Shown: positions 19,119 to 26,336, numbered from the stretch's first letter. The stretch: 32,000 nucleotides of DNA from Nostoc sp. NOS(2021) (GCF_017115025.1 NZ_JABXKM010000093.1:7508-39507), one strand, 5' to 3'. The notes: generated from the sequence alone by a model not told the origin. Translations and numbers: made by a program.

Positions 19119-19889
19119 ATGTCTGAACTTGCTACCCTAGAATTCATCTCTGATGAAATTTCAGAGGACGAAGTTATTTTTCCTCCTGGCGATATACTGA
19201 GTCACGAACCACCCTTGGAAAGTGACCTGCATCGTGACCAAATCGATTTGCTGATTCGCATACTTAAATTATGGTGGCGATCGCGGCAAGATTTTTATGC
19301 TTCTGGCAATTTGACGATTTACTACAGTCCTAACCAAAAGAAATCAGAAGATTTCCGTGGCCCAGACTTTTTTGTAGTTTTGGGAAGTCAGAAAAAAGAC
19401 CGTAAGAGTTGGGTAGTTTGGCAAGAAGAGGGCAAATATCCGAATCTGATTGTGGAAATTTTGTCAAGTTCAACAGCAACAGTTGATAAAGGCTTAAAAA
19501 AACAAGTTTATCAGGATACCTTCCGTACACCAGATTATTTCTGGTTTGACCCTGTAACAATGGAACTTCAGGGATTTCATTTAGTAGATGGTAAGTATCA
19601 AGAAATTCAACCCACCACTGATGGACGTTTGTGGAGTCAGCAGTTAGAACTTTATTTGGGAGTTTATGAAGGTAAATTAAGATTCTTCACTACTGAAAAT
19701 CAATTGATATTATCATCTGAAGAACTGGCCCAACAAGCAGAAGAACGCGCCCAACAAGCAGAAGAACGCGCCCAACAAGCAGAAGAATGCGCCCAACAAG
19801 CAGAAGAACGCGCCCAACAAGCAGAACAAGAAATTGCTCGACTGCGGGAGGTTTTACGTATACAGGGCATCGTTCTAGAGAATATTTAA
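19119..19889 (+). CDS. Uma2 (DUF820) family PD-(D/E)xK endonuclease with a heptad-repeat tail; paralog of 10416-11243
   Basis: It has the same core as the first copy (GPDFFVVLG...KYPNLIVEILSSSTATVDKGLKK.VYQDTFRTPDYFWFDP). The tail is (AQQAEER)x4-5 followed by IARLREVL. Confidence 0.85.
   Translation: MSELATLEFISDEISEDEVIFPPGDILSHEPPLESDLHRDQIDLLIRILKLWWRSRQDFYASGNLTIYYSPNQKKSEDFRGPDFFVVLGSQKKDRKSWVVWQEEGKYPNLIVEILSSSTATVDKGLKKQVYQDTFRTPDYFWFDPVTMELQGFHLVDGKYQEIQPTTDGRLWSQQLELYLGVYEGKLRFFTTENQLILSSEELAQQAEERAQQAEERAQQAEECAQQAEERAQQAEQEIARLREVLRIQGIVLENI
19729..19828 (+). repeat. 21-bp tandem repeat, about 4.75 copies, in frame inside the second Uma2 gene
   Basis: The unit gcccaacaagcagaagaacgc is repeated head to tail. 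One copy has a single c-to-t change (gaatgc). Confidence 0.95.
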
Positions 19890-19981
19890 TGACATCAGGA
19901 AATTAAGTAAAGACATTTTCAAGTTAAGATTTAGTTATAAATGTGTGAAAAAAGCGTTATCTTCTGAAAGTAGGGCATCGT

Positions 19982-20671
19982 TTGCAAGCTAAAGAGATTA
20001 AGGAGAAGCTAAAGTCCCTTATCGAGCAAGCCTCCTCGATAGATCATAATTTAGCGAGAAGATTAGATGAAATCAATCGTTGGGTAAAGAATATTAAGCC
20101 AGGTTCCCTGACTGCTAAACCTTTTGTGATTGCTTTTCTGCTAGAGGTGATTACGGATTCTACAATTTGGCTGATAATCAAATCCTTACCTTCAGAAGAA
20201 GAACAAAAAGCAAAGTTCGAGCAAATGACGCCGATTGAGAGATATTGGTATGCTTATCTCTTTCCCAGATGGTTCAATGCAAGTGACTCCAAGTTTTATA
20301 TTTGGAAACAAAAATTAATGGCAGGCGAATTTAATCAGCTTGATGATGATATCATTAAATTAATCGCTCAAGATATTGTCAGTCGTGAAGGTAGTTTTTG
20401 GCAGCGTTATATTGCCGACCTTTCTATGGCAACAGATTTAATTGTTAGTCGTAACAATCAACCACTGTGCATTCAAGTTACCAGTGTTAGTGAAGAACTT
20501 AATTACCAAAAGTACCAAGCTTGGCAAAATACACTGCGATCGTGGGAAATCGAGAGAGGATTGTTTTTAAGTTACAATCCCAAGGATGCTAATTTTGTTA
20601 ACCAGTTAGTCAACGTGGCCCTGTATAACAGTGATTACCTTTCTGGTGGCAAATATTTAAAATTTTCGTGA
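19982..20671 (+). CDS. Hypothetical protein, 229 aa (TTG start as listed)
   Basis: A long clean ORF. Its stop overlaps the start of the next ORF (GTGA at 20668-20671), which suggests translational coupling. No motif was recognised. Confidence 0.55.
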   Translation: MQAKEIKEKLKSLIEQASSIDHNLARRLDEINRWVKNIKPGSLTAKPFVIAFLLEVITDSTIWLIIKSLPSEEEQKAKFEQMTPIERYWYAYLFPRWFNASDSKFYIWKQKLMAGEFNQLDDDIIKLIAQDIVSREGSFWQRYIADLSMATDLIVSRNNQPLCIQVTSVSEELNYQKYQAWQNTLRSWEIERGLFLSYNPKDANFVNQLVNVALYNSDYLSGGKYLKFS

Positions 20672-21183
20672 ATTTTGTGGAATTTGATATTCCAGATTTG
20701 GATTATAGCCTAAATACTTACCTGCTAATTACAGCTTTTATGGTTAATAAAAGAGAAATTCACAGCTGCAACAATCAAGTAGATACATTTGCGGAAGCTT
20801 TAGCAACAGCCCGACAAATGCAGCAAAGCTGGCTAACTTACGGGGTTGATTTTGTCAATTTTTACGTTGAGGATGTAGATGGAGACTGGCTGGAAACGTG
20901 GGGGAATGACGAAATATTAGGTAATTTTCGATTAGATGCTATTAAAGAATTTTTGGTAAGTAATGATAGTGTAGCTGTGAAGGTAAGACAGCATTTAGGA
21001 GAGCGATCGCTATTTGATTTCGCAGTAAACTTAGAAGAATCTTGGAGAATTTCTGAAACCAATGACAGGTTATCTGTTGTGATAAACTTGTTAGCTGGTG
21101 AAGAAAATAGTATTCATACAGATGACATCAGGTTAGTGGATTTAGCAAATAGTCTGCTGGTAAAGTTGGCAGAGATTTTGTGA
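20668..21183 (+). CDS. Hypothetical, strongly acidic protein, 171 aa
   Basis: A GTG start overlaps the upstream stop by 4 nt. By my count it has about 30 D/E against about 12 K/R. No motif was recognised. Confidence 0.55.
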   Translation: MNFVEFDIPDLDYSLNTYLLITAFMVNKREIHSCNNQVDTFAEALATARQMQQSWLTYGVDFVNFYVEDVDGDWLETWGNDEILGNFRLDAIKEFLVSNDSVAVKVRQHLGERSLFDFAVNLEESWRISETNDRLSVVINLLAGEENSIHTDDIRLVDLANSLLVKLAEIL

Positions 21184-21218
21184 AATTTTTAGTTGACTTT
21201 TCACGGTATCTGGAAAGC

Positions 21219-21322
21219 CTCTCTCTAAATCTCTCTCCTAAAAGGAGAGAGACTTTGAATTCCTTCTCTTCCTTTGCGTTCTTCTCTACGAGACGCTGCG
21301 CGAATGCGTCCTTTGCGGTTCG
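21219..21322. repeat. Nostoc-type dispersed repeat with a hairpin (tctctctcctaaaaggagagaga) plus the ctctacgagacgctgcgcgaatgcg module
   Basis: It shares the ctacgagacgct.cgcgaa.gc module with 880-905. The hairpin arms are perfectly complementary. Confidence 0.6.
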
Positions 21323-21507
21323 TTAAAAAATCGACTTTGACAAAGGAGTTAAGCCTTAACCCAAGCGTATTGGGATATAGGCGATCGCTTTTCCAGATAA
21401 GCTTTAATAATCTTTTAGATGTGCAATCTTTATCACTGTTAGTAGTAAGGGTTGATCCTGAATCTGGTAGATAATACGGTATTCACCCAAACGAACCTTA
21501 TACAGAT

Positions 21508-21795
21508 GTAATGAATGCTGAAGCAATTGTTACTCACGTTCGAGCATTCATAAGAAGTGTTTAAGCATTTGTTGCAAACGTTCAATTTTTTATTATCAAT
21601 GTTGCAGCAATAGTTACTCACCTTGAAGCATTTATAAGAAACGTTTAAGTATTTGTTGCAAACGTTCATTTTTTTTGATGAATGCTGAAGCAATTGTTAC
21701 TCACGTTGAAGCATTTATAAGAAACGTTTAAGCATTTGTTGCAAACGTTCAATTTTTTTGATGAATGCTGAAGCGATTGTTACTCACGTTGAAAG
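21508..21795 (+). repeat. Tandem array of an 83-84 bp unit, about 3.4 copies, 124 bp upstream of the NLR-like operon
   Basis: Units start near 21510, 21594, 21677 and 21760 (the last is partial). The consensus is gatgaatgctgaagcaattgttactcacgttgaagcatttataagaaacgtttaagcatttgttgcaaacgttcaattttttt. Each unit ends in a weak hairpin (aaacgttt-13 nt-aaacgtt) followed by a T6-8 run. Confidence 0.9.
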
Positions 21796-21918
21796 TTTTC
21801 CCTTATAACGTACACTCGACTTTCAGGGGATAAATTGGATTAGCCTGTATCTCTCTGGAATATAAACAGCTGTTATTGTATCCATCAGTGAAGATGTCGC
21901 TGGATAAGGTAGGATATT

Positions 21919-22335
21919 TTGGAACCAATTACAGCTAGTGCGATCGCAACTCTGGCTTTTACCAAAGCATTTGAGAAAACCGTCGAGAAATTTACTGAAG
22001 CAGCCCTTGCTAAAATAGATGAGCTGCGAAAAAAGATTTGGGGTAAGTTACGGGGAAATCTGAAAGCAGAAACAGCCCTACTTGCTGCTGAAAAAGGCTC
22101 TAAACCAGATTTAGACCGAGTTGCTGCTTACTTGCAGATAATTTTACATGAAGAACCGGAGTTTGCTAAAGAAGTAGAAACACTGGCTCGTGAAATTGAG
22201 GCTGGTAAGATAGTAGACAAAAGCACTATGAGCCAAATCAATCAAGACAATGCCAAGGGATGGCAAAATAAGATTGACGGTGGAACAGTTTATCAAGGCG
22301 ATATTAACATTCATCATGCACCCCCCAATTCTTGA
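21919..22335 (+). CDS. Small helical protein (138 aa) with a C-terminal G/N/Q-rich motif shared with the downstream NLR; candidate Bell/HeLo-like effector
   Basis: TTG start, preceded by aaggtagga. Residues 1-100 look all-helical, with a hydrophobic first helix MEPITASAIATLAFTKAF. Residues 104-132 (MSQINQDNAKGWQNKIDGGTVYQGDINIH) repeat at the N-terminus of the next gene. Confidence 0.7.
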   Translation: MEPITASAIATLAFTKAFEKTVEKFTEAALAKIDELRKKIWGKLRGNLKAETALLAAEKGSKPDLDRVAAYLQIILHEEPEFAKEVETLAREIEAGKIVDKSTMSQINQDNAKGWQNKIDGGTVYQGDINIHHAPPNS

Positions 22336-22346
22336 ATTGAGCCATC

Positions 22347-24953
22347 ATGAACCAAAGCAACCAGGATAATGCCAGGGGATGGGAAACTGAGGTAAAGGGT
22401 GGAACAGTTTATCAAGGCGATATTCGTATCAACAATTACCCGACTCAGCACTTACAGTCAACTTCTCCAAATAATATTCCTTACCGGGGTGTCGCCAACT
22501 TTGTCGGGCGGGATGAGAAACTTGTAGAAGTGCATAAAAAATTGCTGCAAAATGACAGCGCAGCAATTTTGGCTGTGGCTGGTATGGGGGGAATGGGTAA
22601 AACTGAACTGGCGACACAATACGGACACCGCTACAAAGTCAATTATCCTGGTGGGCTTTGCTGGTTAGATGCCAGAAAACTAGATTTAGCAGCAGAGATT
22701 GTGGAGTTTGCTAAGTTTTACATGAAACTGGAAGTACCGCAAAACTTATTGACTTCCCAGGAACAAGCAAAATGGTGCTGGCATAATTGGCAACCACAAA
22801 CAGGACTAGTCTTGGTAGTATTGGACAATGTTGACGATGTGACTAACTGGAAAAATTCTCGCCAAGTACTACCAACAGATAACCGCTTCCGTATATTGAT
22901 GACAACTCGGTTGCGAAATATCCATTCAACCGTTCAACAGATAACTTTGGATGAACTCTCACCAAACGATGCTTTGAATTTGTTGACAACTTTGTTGGGT
23001 GAGAATGATAGGCGGGTGCAACGGGAACCACAAACGGCAGCAAATTTATGTAAATGGCTGGGATATCTGCCTTTAGGTTTGCAATTAGTCGGCGCGTATT
23101 TGGCAGAAGATCCAAATTTGTCTTTGGCAGAGATTTTACAACAATTACCAGCCCAAGAAAAGTCTCAATTGGAAGCTGTATTTGAATTAAGCTGGCAACA
23201 ACTCGATTTTATGACACAGTGTGTCGGTGAGTTGTTGAGTTTATTTGCCCCAGATATCATTCCTTGGCAAATAGTTGAATCTGTCAGTCAGCAGCTAAAT
23301 TGGGCAAAGGCAGATGTTGACAAGGCGAGAAAGCAACTTTATCAACGCCATTTAATTCAAAGCGTAGCAGAAGGAGAAAGTTGTTATAAAATTCATCCTT
23401 TAATTAGGGAGTTTTTGCAAGGGAAATTAGTAGGGTTAAACACAGCCGATGACTTCAAAAAAGCCTTTGCCGCAGCATTAGTAGAAATTGCTCAGAAAAT
23501 ACCTAAATTTCTTACCCTTGAGGATATCAAGTCAGTGCAACTGTCAATTCCTCATTTAAATGAGGTGGCACAAAATCTGATTGATATTGTGGAGGATAAA
23601 AATTTATTCTGGGTTTTCAATGGCTTGGGCAGATTCTATAAAGGACAAGGTTTGTATACCTTAGCAGCACCTTGGTATGAGCAAGGATTATCAACGGTGC
23701 AAACCCGTTTGGGAGAAGCACATCCCGATGTTGCCACCAGCCTGAACAACCTGGCATTACTCTACGATTCTCAAGGACGCTACGACCAAGCCGAACCGCT
23801 GTATTTCCAAGCTTTAGAACTAACAAAACGTCTGTCTGGTGAAAATCATCCCAATGTTGCCAGCAACCTGAACAACCTGGCATTACTCTATTATCATCAA
23901 GGGCGTTACTCTGAAGCTGAACCGTTATCGCAACAAGCAATAGAACTAGATAAGCGATTTTTAGGAGAAGAAAATCCTGAGATTGCTACAGATTTTCATA
24001 ATTTGGGATTAATATATCGCGCTCAAGGACGTTACTCTGAAGCCGAATCATTGTTTTTACAATCATTAGAACTTAAAGAGCGCATACTGCAAGAAGCTCA
24101 TCCCTTATTAACAGATACTATTTACGCTCTTGGCTATATGTACAGAGAACAAGGATGCTACAAGGAGGCAGAACCTTTATGTTTAAAAGCATTAGAGCTT
24201 GATAAATATCTATTGGGAGATAACCATCCTAATGTTGCTGAAAGTCTCAATAATTTAGCAGAAATGTATCGTGTAATGGGACGTTACAGCGAAGCAAAAC
24301 CGCTATATCTACAAGCTTTAGAACTTTATAAACGCCTGTTGGGAGATGCACACCCCTTTGTTGCCACCAGCCTGAACAACCTGGCAAATCTCTACAATTC
24401 TCAAGGACGCTACGACCAAGCCGAACCCCTGTATCTCCAAGCTTTAGAACTGAGAAAACGCCTGCTGGGAGAAGCACATCCCTTTGTTGCCACCAGCCTG
24501 AACAACCTGGCAAATCTCTACAATTCTCAAGGACGCTACGACCAAGCCGAACCCCTGTATCTCCAAGCTTTAGAACTGAGAAAACGCCTGCTGGGAGAAG
24601 CACATCCCTTTGTTGCCACCAGCCTGAACAACCTGGCAAATCTCTACAATTCTCAAGGACGCTACGACCAAGCCGAACCCCTGTATCTCCAAGCTTTAGA
24701 ACTGAGAAAACGCCTGCTGGGAGAAGCACATCCCTTTGTTGCCACCAGCCTGAACAACCTGGCAAATCTCTACAATTCTCAAGGACGCTACGACCAAGCC
24801 GAGCCCCTGTATCTGCAAGCTTTAGAAATTCGTCAGCAGGTGTTTGGGGTAAATCATCCCAATACGGTTACTGTTCGGCAAAATCTAGAAAATCTTCAAG
24901 CTCAAAAGAGTGATAACTCTAAAGTTAAGAACAATACTAACAATTCTTGGTGA
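22347..24953 (+). CDS. NLR-like STAND ATPase with an N-terminal short motif, an NB-ARC domain and TPR (KLC-type) repeats
   Basis: It has Walker A AGMGGMGKTELA (nt 22581-22604), Walker B LVLVVLDNVDD, RILMTTR, and LGYLPLGLQLVG (GLPL motif). About eleven 42-aa TPR units follow (H/NP.VA.SLNNLA.LY..QGRY..AEPLY.QALEL). The ATG lies 11 nt after the upstream stop. Confidence 0.92.
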   Translation: MNQSNQDNARGWETEVKGGTVYQGDIRINNYPTQHLQSTSPNNIPYRGVANFVGRDEKLVEVHKKLLQNDSAAILAVAGMGGMGKTELATQYGHRYKVNYPGGLCWLDARKLDLAAEIVEFAKFYMKLEVPQNLLTSQEQAKWCWHNWQPQTGLVLVVLDNVDDVTNWKNSRQVLPTDNRFRILMTTRLRNIHSTVQQITLDELSPNDALNLLTTLLGENDRRVQREPQTAANLCKWLGYLPLGLQLVGAYLAEDPNLSLAEILQQLPAQEKSQLEAVFELSWQQLDFMTQCVGELLSLFAPDIIPWQIVESVSQQLNWAKADVDKARKQLYQRHLIQSVAEGESCYKIHPLIREFLQGKLVGLNTADDFKKAFAAALVEIAQKIPKFLTLEDIKSVQLSIPHLNEVAQNLIDIVEDKNLFWVFNGLGRFYKGQGLYTLAAPWYEQGLSTVQTRLGEAHPDVATSLNNLALLYDSQGRYDQAEPLYFQALELTKRLSGENHPNVASNLNNLALLYYHQGRYSEAEPLSQQAIELDKRFLGEENPEIATDFHNLGLIYRAQGRYSEAESLFLQSLELKERILQEAHPLLTDTIYALGYMYREQGCYKEAEPLCLKALELDKYLLGDNHPNVAESLNNLAEMYRVMGRYSEAKPLYLQALELYKRLLGDAHPFVATSLNNLANLYNSQGRYDQAEPLYLQALELRKRLLGEAHPFVATSLNNLANLYNSQGRYDQAEPLYLQALELRKRLLGEAHPFVATSLNNLANLYNSQGRYDQAEPLYLQALELRKRLLGEAHPFVATSLNNLANLYNSQGRYDQAEPLYLQALEIRQQVFGVNHPNTVTVRQNLENLQAQKSDNSKVKNNTNNSW
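24353..24802 (+). repeat. Perfect 126-bp tandem repeats (about 3.6 copies) encoding identical 42-aa TPR units
   Basis: Copies begin at 24361, 24487, 24613 and 24739 and are base-for-base identical as far as I can read. They diverge only after 24802. Confidence 0.95.
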
Positions 24954-25026
24954 CAGAAACTTTTAGGGTTATTTGATTAAAGCAAAAGTTGTAATCATAG
25001 AAGACAGTTAGCGCTCTCTTCTCATC

Positions 25027-25152
25027 CTACTCTGAAAACAGCACCTCTAAATCGCGGCAGCCACTCACTACCTGCAAAACTTTAATCCCCTCTAGAATTG
25101 GGCGGTAAAATATTAAATAATAATCTTTAGGGTTCGCAATTTTCACCAATTA
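25027..25152 (-). pseudogene. RelE/ParE-family toxin, 3' remnant
   Basis: The minus strand reads LVKIANPKDYYLIFYRPILEGIKVLQVVSGCRDLEVLFSE*, which matches the ParE C-terminus pattern (Y.I.YR......I.V..V.HG..D....F). The upstream part is replaced by repeat DNA. Confidence 0.55.
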
Positions 25153-25215
25153 CAGCAGTTTTCATGTATTTAGACCACAATTATGAGACCTAACCCCCAG
25201 CCCCTTCCCTACAAG

Positions 25216-25368
25216 CAGGGTGGTTTCATACAAGCAGAGAAAAACTAAAACTGGGTTTCAAAGCCTCTCCCCCCGTGGGGGAGAGGAATGGAAGCGGGGT
25301 AAAAGCCATGCCACAAAACGAGGAATCAAGACTTATGTATTTTTCTTTTTTCGTATGAAACCACCCTG
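25216..25368. repeat. 153-bp MITE-like element with 16-bp terminal inverted repeats, flanked by a 20-bp direct duplication
   Basis: The ends cagggtggtttcatac (25216-25231) and gtatgaaaccaccctg (25353-25368) are perfect inverted repeats. The flanks cccagccccttccctacaag occur at 25196-25215 and 25369-25388. Confidence 0.65.
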
Positions 25369-25766
25369 CCCAGCCCCTTCCCTACAAGGGAAGGGGAGAA
25401 AATCAAAGCCTTTCTCCTACAAGGAGAGAGGTTTGGAGAGAGGTCTATTTGTGGTTCATTTACCTGAAAATCGCTGTAAATAAGATTGCTATGGAAACTA
25501 CTGATGCACAATAATGGCATCTCGACTTATTTCAATATAGGAATGCTGCTTAAACAATTCTGTATGAAGATGCACATAAGAAAACCCCCCTGTAGTCCCC
25601 CCTTGGTAAGCTACCGTGTATACACAAGTCGAATTACCCCCCTTAATCCCCCCTTATTAAGGGGGGAAACAAGAAATCTAGTTCCCTCCCCTAAGAAAGG
25701 CGATCGCCCTCTGCCAAGAAGCTGCGATCGCCTTTCCCTAAAGCCCCATTCTGGGAGACAATTACA

Positions 25767-26066
25767 ATGATGACACAAGTACAAAAGTTTGTAAAAAATC
25801 AGAAGTTCGCCCAATCAGAATTACAACAGTACTTAGATGGCGAAAACTTAAATACACCCATCCTTAATCAATCTTCTGAAAATCAATTACCGAAAAGAGA
25901 ACCGATAAAACATCTATTAATAGGTTCTCCAAAAGCAGTTACTAGCACAATTCACTATCTGCAAGTGATTGGCTACGCCAGCATCGGCGATTGGAGTCCG
26001 CTACTACCAACCGCCAACCCAGGCGAGGTAATGAGTATTTTAATCCGTCAGATTTTAATGCAATAG
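25767..26066 (+). CDS. Small hypothetical protein, 99 aa, cyanobacterial-type
   Basis: A clean ORF with an ATG start. The C-terminal part, HLLIGSPKAVTSTIHYLQVIGYASIGDWSPLLPTANPGEVMSIL, resembles a family I recall from other cyanobacteria. The function is unknown. Confidence 0.6.
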   Translation: MMTQVQKFVKNQKFAQSELQQYLDGENLNTPILNQSSENQLPKREPIKHLLIGSPKAVTSTIHYLQVIGYASIGDWSPLLPTANPGEVMSILIRQILMQ

Positions 26067-26168
26067 GACATATCAATATGGTGCGTTGTCGTGTAGCGCA
26101 ACGCACCCTACTTGAACTTCATCTATCGTAGGGGTTTAGCACATTGCTAAACCCAAAAAGCAGTGATT

Positions 26169-26262
26169 TTAATCAGAAAATAGCGCCTCTAAATCTTGGT
26201 AGCCACTCACTACCCGCACAACTTCAATCCCCTCTACAATTGGGCGATAAAATATCAAAAAA
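26169..26262 (-). pseudogene. Second RelE/ParE-family toxin 3' remnant; paralog of 25027-25152
   Basis: The minus strand reads FLIFYRPIVEGIEVVRVVSGYQDLEALFSD*. It is roughly 85 percent identical in DNA to the first remnant over the shared part. It is truncated at 26263 by a MITE-like repeat. Confidence 0.55.
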
Positions 26263-26265
26263 ATT

Positions 26266-26336
26266 GTAGGTTGGGTGGAGGCTTTGCGTAACCCAACATC
26301 CTGATATATGTTGGGTTGCGCTCCGCTCCACCCAAC
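26266..26336. repeat. MITE-like palindromic repeat (gtaggttgggtggag ... ctccacccaac)
   Basis: It contains nested inverted repeats: gtaggttgggtggag / ctccacccaac, and gcgtaacccaacat / atgttgggttgcgc. Confidence 0.6.

Noticed and set aside
21439-21693. 84-aa minus-strand ORF rich in Cys/Asn with internal repeats (LNVCNKCLN...)
   Set aside because: Its periodicity simply mirrors the 83-84 bp tandem DNA array. It has no recognisable start context or domain, so it is most likely a translation artefact of the repeat.
21508-21795. Possible CRISPR array
   Set aside because: The units are contiguous 83-84 bp copies with no unique spacers between them. The period is too long for repeat plus spacer, and there are no cas genes in the window.
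22228-22433. The idea that the 138-aa and 868-aa ORFs are a single gene split by a mutation
   Set aside because: The shared motif is present twice rather than once, with a proper TGA after the first ORF and an ATG 11 nt after that stop for the second ORF. Fusing the frames would give a tandem motif rather than restore a continuous domain. A recent partial duplication cannot be excluded without orthologs.
23617-24765. Minus-strand ORFs 23617-23940 and 24247-24765 with repeated PGCSGWWQQRDVLLP units
   Set aside because: They are antisense to the TPR repeats of the NLR-like gene. Their repetitiveness is inherited from the 126-bp DNA repeats.
25220-25814. Several 64-94 aa ORFs on both strands with Pro/Gly/Lys-rich sequences
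   Set aside because: They run through hairpin/MITE-like repeats (ccccttccctacaagggaagggg, ccccccttattaagggggg). Such repeats routinely create spurious ORFs.
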